Assembly: GCA_041666965.1 (NCBI GenBank)
Contig: JBAYFX010000003.1
Location: 1 to 59,179, forward strand
Direction of reading: 5' to 3'
Length of the DNA stretch: 59,179 nucleotides
Source of the DNA: Candidatus Shapirobacteria bacterium
GTDB lineage: Bacteria > Patescibacteriota > Microgenomatia > UBA12405
Shown here: positions 20,149 through 28,412 of the stretch, in pieces
How the letters are laid out: each line of letters starts with the position of its first letter
Position numbering within the stretch: the first letter of the stretch is position 1
Translations under genes and position numbers: made by a program
Notes under the pieces: model-generated
What the model was told of the DNA's origin: nothing
The model's database searches: none
The model's input: the letters and a program-made list of their open reading frames with translations, nothing else

Positions 20149-21828
20149 TTAATAATTTTCCTTCCGGAAGATAAAAACTTGGGGATGATCGTAGACTGTA
20201 AATGATTCGTCGGCTCGGAAGTCAGACAAGGTAACCCCAAATAATTGGGGTTCATTTTGGAATACTGCTACCAGTTGGTAACCAAGTTGACCATTAAATA
20301 AATCTTGGTAATATTTGGCTGTTTGGGGGAAACAACGGCGAGGGAAACGGGAACAATCGCCCAATCTTTGGAGGGGGGTGTAAAGACGATTGCTGGCTAC
20401 AATTATATATTGAGCCTCTGATAAATTTTGAGTAATCCGGGACCACTTATCTGCAGTATCGGGCTCATAAAGGGGTAATTCAATTAGGTTGTATTTCTCC
20501 GATCCAAACAGGGGTAAACCGTCATCCCAATGTTCTCTTAAAATAGTACTACCGACAGGAATATTTTGATTTATCCAAGTACTGGCTTGAGTCCTGGGAT
20601 TAGGGCTTTGATAGATTGAAATGAAGGCAAAAAGCCAAGTTAGGTGGACTAAAAGTAATAATCCAAAAACAAATGGAAAAAAATGTCGGGAAAGCTTTTG
20701 AAGCTGAAAAATACCCAAAGCGGCAAAAGAAGCAAGCATAGGATATAGAGGTAAATAATAACGCATGAACTTTACCGAAAAACGCCCTACCAAAAGAAAA
20801 TATATGATGTAAAAAGATAAAAAAATTAAAATTGGTTTCCGATTTATTTTACTTAATTGCCGCTTTGACTTACTTATTAGAAACCAGATCCCAAAAACCG
20901 ATATTAGAGATAAAGGATAACCCCACCCATAAATTAGGATATTTTTTAGAGGATATATATAAGCAAGCGTCCCAACATATTGGAGTGTATAGGGAAAAAC
21001 ATAGGCGTCGGAAGTCATAGCCGATTGTTCCCGAATCTGACTTATGAAAGTAGGAAAATCAATTAAGGTATAAGGTTGGAAAAAGATAAAAGTCAGTATG
21101 GTAGCGGCAAGCATAGCAATAGCTCGTGTTATAGGCTTTTTGGGGGTAAGAAAATAAGCCAAGACCAGAACTATTCCGGCAGGTAGGGCACTGACCTTGG
21201 TAGCCAAGGCTAAACCAAAAGCAAACCCACCAATTGAGGCATGTCCAAACGAAGGATTGGCGTGATATTTAAGTGCTGCCCAAATTGTTAATAAAATAAA
21301 AAAATTTAGAAGGGTATCGACGGCATAAAAATGGGAAAGCTGAATGGGAAAAACTGACAGGGCATAAAATGTTGAGGCAAGTAGACCAACGGGGATTGAT
21401 TGAAAGAGTTTAGTTGAAATTTTGAAAATTAGGAAAATTGAGGCGGTATCAAACATGGCAGATAATAATCGCCCCAATAAGTTAATTGAGTCATAAGAAC
21501 GAAAAACTGAATCTGGAGGAAAGAGCAAGGAGACTAACTTAAGTAAATATAACGGGAAAGAACCATAGGCAAAAAAATGAGGGTTGAGAGAAGATTGGGG
21601 GGAAAGGAAAGTGTTTAAATTTAGGGGATTAGGTGCTCTTAACTTTTCAGTAACCATGGTAATCATTCTCTCGTCCGGATGAAGATGAAAACCCTGGTCC
21701 CAGTTAATATTAATTATTCGAAAACAAAAACCAACCAAAAGTATGAGCCAAAGCCAGCGGAGACTGTTAGTTTTTTTGAAAAACTCGGATAGTGGGATGA
21801 TCGAAAACGGTATAAGTTTCTTCGGCAT
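20149..21828 (-). CDS. GT-C fold membrane glycosyltransferase (GT39/ArnT-like), paralog 1
   Basis: 559 aa with about 11 TM helices and a first-loop acidic motif, HLHPDERM. Paralogous to the next gene. Confidence 0.65.
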   Translation of the reverse strand: MPKKLIPFSIIPLSEFFKKTNSLRWLWLILLVGFCFRIININWDQGFHLHPDERMITMVTEKLRAPNPLNLNTFLSPQSSLNPHFFAYGSFPLYLLKLVSLLFPPDSVFRSYDSINLLGRLLSAMFDTASIFLIFKISTKLFQSIPVGLLASTFYALSVFPIQLSHFYAVDTLLNFFILLTIWAALKYHANPSFGHASIGGFAFGLALATKVSALPAGIVLVLAYFLTPKKPITRAIAMLAATILTFIFFQPYTLIDFPTFISQIREQSAMTSDAYVFPYTLQYVGTLAYIYPLKNILIYGWGYPLSLISVFGIWFLISKSKRQLSKINRKPILIFLSFYIIYFLLVGRFSVKFMRYYLPLYPMLASFAALGIFQLQKLSRHFFPFVFGLLLLVHLTWLFAFISIYQSPNPRTQASTWINQNIPVGSTILREHWDDGLPLFGSEKYNLIELPLYEPDTADKWSRITQNLSEAQYIIVASNRLYTPLQRLGDCSRFPRRCFPQTAKYYQDLFNGQLGYQLVAVFQNEPQLFGVTLSDFRADESFTVYDHPQVFIFRKENY

Positions 21829-23338
21829 TTTCTGAATTTAGTATAAATGAATTTCCGGGTGAAAAGGTTTTTATTAATTTATAGTTTGGGGTCGGAGAAA
21901 ACAATTGTTGATAATATTTTTGGGAAATAGGATAGCGAAAATTATTTTGATTTTTAAAAATTCGACGGGAAGGGACAAGGATATAATCGGCAGATTTTAT
22001 ATTGGCTACTAACTCTTGAGCTAGGATAGGGTTTGAGTCAACTTGATAAAAATCAAAATTTATAACATCGTAAGGTGGAGAGAATACCGGAAGATTAACC
22101 ACATTACCCGCCTCCGAAAGAACGGTTGACCCGGAAGGTATATTGGCGTTTAACCAAGCACTGGCGGTTAACCGAACATCGGACACAAGATAGATTTTAT
22201 AAAAAAGTATTCCGGGAAACAGACAAAGACTCAAGATTATGAATGAGAGTAGTTTATTCTTAATTCGGACAATGAGCAAAGCGGTCAATAGCGGGCCAAT
22301 AAAAAATATCGGAGCCTGGAAGCGGGTCCACCTAGTATAAGTTTGGCCAAAATATAGCCAATAGGACAAAACAGATAAACCAACTATTAAATAAGGAAAA
22401 TATACTTTGGAAGTAATATTTTTCAGTTTTAAGACCAATAACACAAGACTAACAAGACTAACAAGACTCAACCCGAATACGGGTAAACCCCAAACATAAG
22501 GAAAGATGTGAGTTAGCTGAAACACATAGGGTAAAGTACCCTCAAACTGCCGGGTGTAAAAAACCGGAATGCTTCCAATAGCCACACCTGTCTCATAACT
22601 TAAAGTGGAAACAAATTCTTTTAAGTTCAAAAAACTGGCTGGGGAAAACAATAAGCATAATAGTAGCGAACTAAAAATAACCAAAAGTAACGACAAAGTA
22701 GAACCCAGAAGAAATCTGAATTTGGTTTTAATATTTAATAATAGAATTGAAAAAAAGATGGGGGTTATGAAAATGAGGGCTGAAATTTTTGAAGCGCAAG
22801 CGGCTCCTAAAACCAAACTGTATAACAAATAATTTAGTTTACTTTTTGGAAATTGAAAAATTCTGAGAGATAAACAGAGAGTAAGGATATAAAAAAACGT
22901 TAGTAGGCTTTCGGTGGTACCGAAATGAGCTATTTGGATTAATCCGGGTGAGGTTAAAGTTAGTATTAATAACGGCAAAGCAGATTTTCGAATAAAAAGT
23001 AGCCGCCACAACCAAAATAATGATAAAACAGCTAGAACTCCAGATGTAGCCGAAATAGTTCTTAGAACTAAAACCGAAGCTTCAAAGTTATTGGGTATCC
23101 CGAATAATCGAAGTAAGCAATAACCTAGGTAAAGCGGAAATTGGCCATAAGCAAAAAAATGAGGGTTGAGAGAAGTGGGAGTAAGTCTTGCCAGAGCTGT
23201 GGCCATGTTATTTTCGTCCGGGTGAAAATAGAATCCCCCACCCCAATCTAAGCCATAGAACCGGGATAACAGAACTAAACCAAAAACTAGTAAATATGGC
23301 AAGTAAGGTTTATTAGAGAACATAAACCAGGGTAACAA
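21767..23338 (-). CDS. GT-C fold membrane glycosyltransferase (GT39/ArnT-like), paralog 2
   Basis: 523 aa. The same N-terminal motif (YFHPDENNM) and the same C-terminal soluble domain ending (ETYTVFDHPTIRVFQK versus ESFTVYDHPQVFIFRK). Confidence 0.65.
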   Translation of the reverse strand: MLPWFMFSNKPYLPYLLVFGLVLLSRFYGLDWGGGFYFHPDENNMATALARLTPTSLNPHFFAYGQFPLYLGYCLLRLFGIPNNFEASVLVLRTISATSGVLAVLSLFWLWRLLFIRKSALPLLILTLTSPGLIQIAHFGTTESLLTFFYILTLCLSLRIFQFPKSKLNYLLYSLVLGAACASKISALIFITPIFFSILLLNIKTKFRFLLGSTLSLLLVIFSSLLLCLLFSPASFLNLKEFVSTLSYETGVAIGSIPVFYTRQFEGTLPYVFQLTHIFPYVWGLPVFGLSLVSLVSLVLLVLKLKNITSKVYFPYLIVGLSVLSYWLYFGQTYTRWTRFQAPIFFIGPLLTALLIVRIKNKLLSFIILSLCLFPGILFYKIYLVSDVRLTASAWLNANIPSGSTVLSEAGNVVNLPVFSPPYDVINFDFYQVDSNPILAQELVANIKSADYILVPSRRIFKNQNNFRYPISQKYYQQLFSPTPNYKLIKTFSPGNSFILNSENAEETYTVFDHPTIRVFQKN

Positions 23339-24227
23339 TCATGATTCCCCAGGTAAAAATAGCAAGTATCAGAGGAATGTCTGTAGCAACGACCCGTTCC
23401 GGCCTTTCCCCGGCCTGCATTTCGAATATTATTTGACCGTAACGCATAATGCCAAAAATTACCGGGAAAAGAGTAATCATGTACCATTTACGCTCTAAGG
23501 CTTTGGGGAAAAAATCTACTAGAAAATGGTGGATTATACCTTGAAACTTAATTGGTTCTTCAAAAAAGGTAAACATGGCATAAGTGATTAGGGTGCAAAC
23601 ACCGAACATGGTAGTATAAAAATTTAAAAGTGAACGGCCGTATCCGGATAGAGAGCTTCGGGTTTTAGAACCCGTATTTAACAATTCACTGTGACGTTTG
23701 CCTGAGGCAATAAATAATGACAAAAAGATAACGGTTAACATAATCCAAATGGGTAAATGAAGGCCAGTAGCGATTTCGCCAGCAAAAGCTCGGAGAATAA
23801 AGAAAAAGGCAATTCCAATAATATCTAATACTGCTTTCTTTTTAATAAACATTGAATAGGAATACTGCCCGGCGGAAAACAACAAAGCCAGTAAGAAAAA
23901 AGACAGATTGACTTGAGTAGCAACAAAAAGACCAAGAATAAAAATTAGTAAAGCAATATTTCGAGCCATGCCCGGAGTTACATCACCCCGAGCTATGGGG
24001 CGCATTTTTTTAACCGGATGAAGTCGATCTTTAGGAGCATCTATGATGTCGTTTACCAAGTAAGAAGAAGAGGACAATAAACAAAAGCAAATGAATGCCA
24101 GCAAACTATTACTGAAGTAATTGGGAGAAAAAAGCTCGCCATTAAGAATAACCGTGGCAAAAATGGACAGGTTTTTAATCCACTGATGAGGTCGCAATGC
24201 TTCAAAGGCGGCCAGAGTAAGTTTCAT
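23313..24227 (-). CDS. UbiA-family polyprenyl-phosphate phosphoribosyltransferase (DPPR-synthase-like)
   Basis: NDIIDAPKDRLHPVKKMRPIARG matches the NDxxDxxxDRxHPxKxxRPxAxG signature of the Rv3806c family. 304 aa with about 8 TM helices. Confidence 0.75.
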   Translation of the reverse strand: MKLTLAAFEALRPHQWIKNLSIFATVILNGELFSPNYFSNSLLAFICFCLLSSSSYLVNDIIDAPKDRLHPVKKMRPIARGDVTPGMARNIALLIFILGLFVATQVNLSFFLLALLFSAGQYSYSMFIKKKAVLDIIGIAFFFILRAFAGEIATGLHLPIWIMLTVIFLSLFIASGKRHSELLNTGSKTRSSLSGYGRSLLNFYTTMFGVCTLITYAMFTFFEEPIKFQGIIHHFLVDFFPKALERKWYMITLFPVIFGIMRYGQIIFEMQAGERPERVVATDIPLILAIFTWGIMIVTLVYVL

Positions 24228-24235
24228 ACCCTATT

Positions 24236-25633
24236 TTACAGAATGATAAGAAGTCCGGCTAGAGATATTAGGGCGCCAATTATCATATAGAAACGGCCAG
24301 GTAGGTCAAGCCCGGCTTGGGGCAAAATTATTCGGGTTGGGGTAGCTGTAGGCGTACTGGAAAAGTAAGTAGTCGGAGTGGAGGTGGGATAAATAGTCGT
24401 GCCAGGAGTGGGAGTATTGGTGGGGGTTGGAGACAGAGTTGAGGTTGGTGTTGGGTTAACGGTTGTACCGCTAGTAGGAGTTGGCGTAGAAGTAGGTGTA
24501 TTGGTAGGAGTGGGAGTGGGAGCAGCAAGGCAACAAGATGAAACCGAAGGAGAATTCGCGCAGGCTATTTGATGCTCTGGCTTTGAACAATAAGTGAGAT
24601 TATTGGAGGCAACAATGCAGATTAAACCCGTTGAGCAAGGGCGAGCTAAGCTGCAAGGACTATAACCACAGGCCGCGGGCATTGGGGTTGGGACGGGGGT
24701 GCTGGTTTGAGTTGGAGTAGGAGTTTTGGTTGGAGTAACGGTGGGAGTTTTGGTAGGAGTAGGAGTTTTGGTGGGGGTTAAGGTAGGGGTATTAGTAGGT
24801 GTTGAGGTTGGAATCTTGGAAGGTACCGGAGTATTGGTTGGAGTCGGGACAGGTGATGAGGGAGGTGAAGTTGGAGAACAATTGGTATCATTACAGACTC
24901 CACAAAACCCCGGAATATCAATTTGAGTACATTCGGTGGCTGTTTTAGACTGACCAGCCAAGAGACTAAAAGTGCCGATTTTATTGCCATTGGCACAACC
25001 CTGATATATATTTCCGTTTAAAGTAGAAGAGGTGTTGTTGGTAATTGATTGACCACTGCATAGTACTTGGGTTTGGGCAGTACCCTGGTAACAATTCCCG
25101 TCCGAATAACAACAAAACCAAATACTGTCACATTGTTTAACCTGACCACCAGTAGACCGGCAATCAGCACAATCAACTCCGCCTCTGCCACCGGTGGTAC
25201 AACCACTGTCGGGAACATTACCACAGCTAGATCCGGGTTGAGGAGACGGGACTTGGGAAGTACATTGGTTGTTTTTGGTAGGGTCCTCACGCCAACAAGC
25301 TCCATCACAATATTTGTAAACAGTACCGACACAAATATTATCGCCACCGCTACATTGATCACAAACTGGCGGGGTAGCCCCCTGACAAACATTCTCAACA
25401 CACAACTTGCCACCGGCACAATCCGAATGATTGGCACACCCGGCAGTACTTTTACAGCACCCTCCTTCATAGACTTCCCAACTTCGACAACAATCAGGGT
25501 TGCCGCAACCACCTTGATTCAACTGGCAAGTTGCCTGATTACGAATATCTTGTGACTGGCCTACTAAAATTATTGCCCCCACCAAAGAGAGTCCCAAAAA
25601 TAAAACTGTTAAAAGCGAATACTTGTTAATCAT
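24236..25633 (-). CDS. Cysteine-rich (38 Cys), Pro/Thr-linker surface protein with a C-terminal anchor
   Basis: Signal/anchor helix at the N-terminus. Cys-rich module at residues 36-252, PT linker at 253-319, an 8-Cys module at 321-368 and a second PT linker at 371-433. The C-terminus reads LPQAG followed by a hydrophobic helix. Confidence 0.7.
   Translation of the reverse strand: MINKYSLLTVLFLGLSLVGAIILVGQSQDIRNQATCQLNQGGCGNPDCCRSWEVYEGGCCKSTAGCANHSDCAGGKLCVENVCQGATPPVCDQCSGGDNICVGTVYKYCDGACWREDPTKNNQCTSQVPSPQPGSSCGNVPDSGCTTGGRGGVDCADCRSTGGQVKQCDSIWFCCYSDGNCYQGTAQTQVLCSGQSITNNTSSTLNGNIYQGCANGNKIGTFSLLAGQSKTATECTQIDIPGFCGVCNDTNCSPTSPPSSPVPTPTNTPVPSKIPTSTPTNTPTLTPTKTPTPTKTPTVTPTKTPTPTQTSTPVPTPMPAACGYSPCSLARPCSTGLICIVASNNLTYCSKPEHQIACANSPSVSSCCLAAPTPTPTNTPTSTPTPTSGTTVNPTPTSTLSPTPTNTPTPGTTIYPTSTPTTYFSSTPTATPTRIILPQAGLDLPGRFYMIIGALISLAGLLIIL
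24335..24523 (-). repeat. Pro/Thr-coding low-complexity repeat (PT linker 2)
   Basis: Encodes APTPTPTNTPTSTPTPTSG...SPTPTNTPTPG...STPTATPT. Confidence 0.8.
24677..24877 (-). repeat. Pro/Thr-coding low-complexity repeat (PT linker 1)
   Basis: Encodes ...TPTNTPTLTPTKTPTPTKTPTVTPTKTPTPTQT. The DNA shows reiterated ggagttttggt-type units. Confidence 0.8.
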
Positions 25634-26918
25634 GCTTGAGCCATAAACGGTACGAAGCGTACCAAGAGATTATAGTGACGATTAACAATAGAACAAAAGG
25701 AGTGGTATTACCAGTTACAGGCACGCCTGATTCAGTTGAGGGCTGAGTTTGGCGGTAGGTAGGTGTAGGAGGAATAGTGGTAGGCTCGGTAGTGGGTGTT
25801 GGAACTAGTGTGGGTACGGTAGTCGGGGAAGGTAAGACGGTAGTTGGAGTTGCCGACCCTGAGGCAGTAAATGCGGGGAAAGAAGAAGCTGAAACTACTT
25901 TGAAATCAACTGATTTTGAGGAATTTGGAGAGGTTAGGGTTAAGCGGTGATTACCCAAAGTCATCGGTGTTGAAGCACTCCAACGCCATTGACCAGAAGC
26001 TGGTGTAATAGTAAAAGTTTGGGAATCGAGCATTAGAGTTAGGCTGGGAGAATTATCCGATTTTCCAAAAAACTCTGGGGAGGGAATTAAAGGTACCGAA
26101 TCACCCAAACGAGGGTAATCAATTGATAACGACGAAACCGGAGCGGCTGTGGTTTTACCAAGGCCTAAGTTGCCGATCTCGGAAGGAGGTGATATATCTG
26201 AAGATTCTTGACCAAAGTCAGAGTTGGTACCTAAGATAATGTCGGGAAGGGGGTTGTTGCGAGAAGTGTTGGCGGTAATTTGGGTAACATCAACATTAGG
26301 ATAGAACACCAAAATGTCTTCAGTAATATTTGGTGGAGGTTGGAACCAGCTATTACCCTGGCTATCAAAACTAGCTGAAAGCGGCACATTCCAAAAACCT
26401 TGCGAATTTGTTAAAGAAGAGATAGGAGCCGCGCCAGGAATGTTAATAAAAACTACAGCGGCAAAGGCGGGGGTTAATTGAGAAGTTAATACTTTACCCC
26501 AAGCTAAAGCAGAGGCTGGTAAGGGGGATGATTGGCGGTTACGGGTAACAACCGTGTATTGGTTTAATTGATATTTACGCCCTCCGCTCAAAATTACATA
26601 TGAGTAATTGGTGGCTGGAGCCAAACCAGATACCGAAAAATAGTGATAAGTGGCTTTATCGGTTGGGGTAACACCCCTTAAATTAGAATAGGTTTTGTTA
26701 TTTAAAATTAGATTAGATTGGCAACTGGCAGAAGTGGCAAAGAATAAATCAAAGGAAGATTCAGTTAGATTTGTTACCTGGAGATTATCAGGATCGCAGT
26801 CGCCACTGGCAATAGTGGAGAAACTGGTCGGCTGCGAACTTAAGTAGGCGGCTCCTAAAGCACTGGCCAAAAGTAGGAACAAACCAAGTATTGTCGGAAT
26901 CCTCTTGTCAGACTTCAT
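25626..26918 (-). CDS. Secreted FN3-like surface protein with an LPXTG-like C-terminal signal (VPVTG)
   Basis: Signal peptide and an FN3-like segment (PDNLQVTNLTESSFDLFF...YHYFSVSGLAPATNYSYVI). Then a PT-rich stalk, VPVTG, a TM helix and a basic tail (RLWLKHD). Confidence 0.6.
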   Translation of the reverse strand: MKSDKRIPTILGLFLLLASALGAAYLSSQPTSFSTIASGDCDPDNLQVTNLTESSFDLFFATSASCQSNLILNNKTYSNLRGVTPTDKATYHYFSVSGLAPATNYSYVILSGGRKYQLNQYTVVTRNRQSSPLPASALAWGKVLTSQLTPAFAAVVFINIPGAAPISSLTNSQGFWNVPLSASFDSQGNSWFQPPPNITEDILVFYPNVDVTQITANTSRNNPLPDIILGTNSDFGQESSDISPPSEIGNLGLGKTTAAPVSSLSIDYPRLGDSVPLIPSPEFFGKSDNSPSLTLMLDSQTFTITPASGQWRWSASTPMTLGNHRLTLTSPNSSKSVDFKVVSASSFPAFTASGSATPTTVLPSPTTVPTLVPTPTTEPTTIPPTPTYRQTQPSTESGVPVTGNTTPFVLLLIVTIISWYASYRLWLKHD

Positions 26919-27178
26919 GGAATAATAGGAGTAAGAATAGGGGTTGGTATAGCCGGAATTGGGGCAACAAAATCCGAGGGAGCTTCCAACAAAGAATCAA
27001 TCCTATCAAGAACCTCTGTTTTTATGGTTGGATCAAAGGGGGCTGTTAGCTGACGGTCAACAATGTTTTGGGCACTAATAAGCTTGTTATAACTGTTTTG
27101 AATAACCACCACTAAAGTCGCCGTTAAAGTTAAAGATACGACTAACAATAAATACTTTGAGAGTTTTATCTTATTCAT
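26915..27178 (-). CDS. Small bitopic membrane protein (87 aa)
   Basis: One N-terminal TM helix and a Pro-rich end (PIPAIPTPILTPIIP). Overlaps both neighbours by 4 and 8 nt. Confidence 0.45.
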   Translation of the reverse strand: MNKIKLSKYLLLVVSLTLTATLVVVIQNSYNKLISAQNIVDRQLTAPFDPTIKTEVLDRIDSLLEAPSDFVAPIPAIPTPILTPIIP

Positions 27179-27827
27179 TTGGAGACCAATAGTTAAATGT
27201 TATTGAGAAATCAGTTTGCAATTGATCAAGGGGAAGCAAGTTTGAGCTTAATTCGGTGTCTGATGACTTTTTTTGTTCTATTGGAAGCAGGATGTTAAAC
27301 CCAGTTATTTGGTTTACCTTTTTTAAGCGGGTTAATTGAGATAAAAAGTTTAAGGCTGATTCATAAGTACCTTTAAAGCTGAATTTAGCACCTATTGACT
27401 TAAGTGGTGTTGAAGGGTTATTGTTTTTCGTTTTTAATGGAGGCACATAATTTATTGACTCAATATTAATTTGGGAAGTACTGGCCAACCAAAGAATTTG
27501 GTTTTTAGAATAAACATAGTTCGGACTAAACCCGAGCGCTTTTTCTAAGGATTGGGAACGTGATTGAATTTGGGCAAAAATATCTTGGGCTTCAACTACT
27601 TTATTTATTTGTGTTTTCATGAGACTACTGAACTCTTGTTTTGCCTTTACTTCGCCGAAAAGAGAGGCAATGGTGACCACCGAAGGCCTAACAGCAAATA
27701 TGATAAATAGTGTAATTATTGTTAGAGTAAAACTAACTTCTAAAAGGCGATTAAATTGCCGGTTTGATTGTTGGCGATTTAGAAATTGAAGTAATTGGGC
27801 TTGATTAACTTGAATTGTTAGAGCCAT
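27171..27827 (-). CDS. PilO-like bitopic membrane protein
   Basis: Short cytoplasmic N-terminus, one TM helix, a coiled coil and an alpha/beta C-terminal domain. This is PilO-type topology. There is no strong sequence motif. Confidence 0.35.
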   Translation of the reverse strand: MALTIQVNQAQLLQFLNRQQSNRQFNRLLEVSFTLTIITLFIIFAVRPSVVTIASLFGEVKAKQEFSSLMKTQINKVVEAQDIFAQIQSRSQSLEKALGFSPNYVYSKNQILWLASTSQINIESINYVPPLKTKNNNPSTPLKSIGAKFSFKGTYESALNFLSQLTRLKKVNQITGFNILLPIEQKKSSDTELSSNLLPLDQLQTDFSITFNYWSPNE

Positions 27828-28387
27828 TATTTTTTAAAGTAAATACTAACATTGAGGCGAAACCATTTGTCTTTGGTTTTTTTTTCGATGGTTCCTATGT
27901 TAACTGACTCAATTTGAGGGTTAACAGAAAGATTTTCAATTAAACTAATTAAGGCTTGATCAGAAACAGTTATAAACTCAACAGTTAAGTGGGGAAGTTT
28001 GGTTTTTAAATCTGGGGCATAACTAAGATTGGTTATGGATACTTCTGGGGGAATACTCTGGGTTAATTGTGCTAAATATGGAGTAATGTCTTGACGATCG
28101 GAATACAGGGTATCTATAGCAATAAGTTGGTTTTGGAGTTTTTTAAACTCTTGTTGAAAATCCGTAGTTGTACTCAGAATTGCTTTTTGCTGGCGAATAA
28201 CTTCAGATAAGTCGCTATTTTTTCGATCAAGCCAAAAACGAGACAGGAATGCAGTTATAACAATCATCTCGGTAAAAATGATAATTACCCGACCAACGGT
28301 TGTAGTCCAATTTAAAGCTCGAGAGAAAAATGAATTGACATTTTCTGAGCTGGGTAAGAGGGAAATTTCCCGCCGACGTGATGGCAT
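27827..28387 (-). CDS. PilN-like bitopic membrane protein
   Basis: N-terminal basic peptide (MPSRRREISLLP), one TM helix, a coiled coil and a small C-terminal domain. This is PilN-type topology. Confidence 0.35.
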   Translation of the reverse strand: MPSRRREISLLPSSENVNSFFSRALNWTTTVGRVIIIFTEMIVITAFLSRFWLDRKNSDLSEVIRQQKAILSTTTDFQQEFKKLQNQLIAIDTLYSDRQDITPYLAQLTQSIPPEVSITNLSYAPDLKTKLPHLTVEFITVSDQALISLIENLSVNPQIESVNIGTIEKKTKDKWFRLNVSIYFKK

Positions 28388-28412
28388 ATAAAAACAGTAT
28401 AAACACTTTAAA

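Noticed and set aside
24328-25555. Several long ORFs on both strands inside the Cys/PT-rich gene: 24328-24528, 24726-24926, 24778-24996, 25018-25512 (164 aa) and 25067-25555 (162 aa).
   Set aside because: They lie entirely within the 465-aa ORF, which has a signal peptide, a coherent domain structure and a C-terminal anchor. Their translations are low-complexity (Val/Gly/Leu or Thr/Ile runs), as expected from frame shifts or the antisense of Pro/Thr/Cys/Gly codons. I treat them as shadow ORFs.
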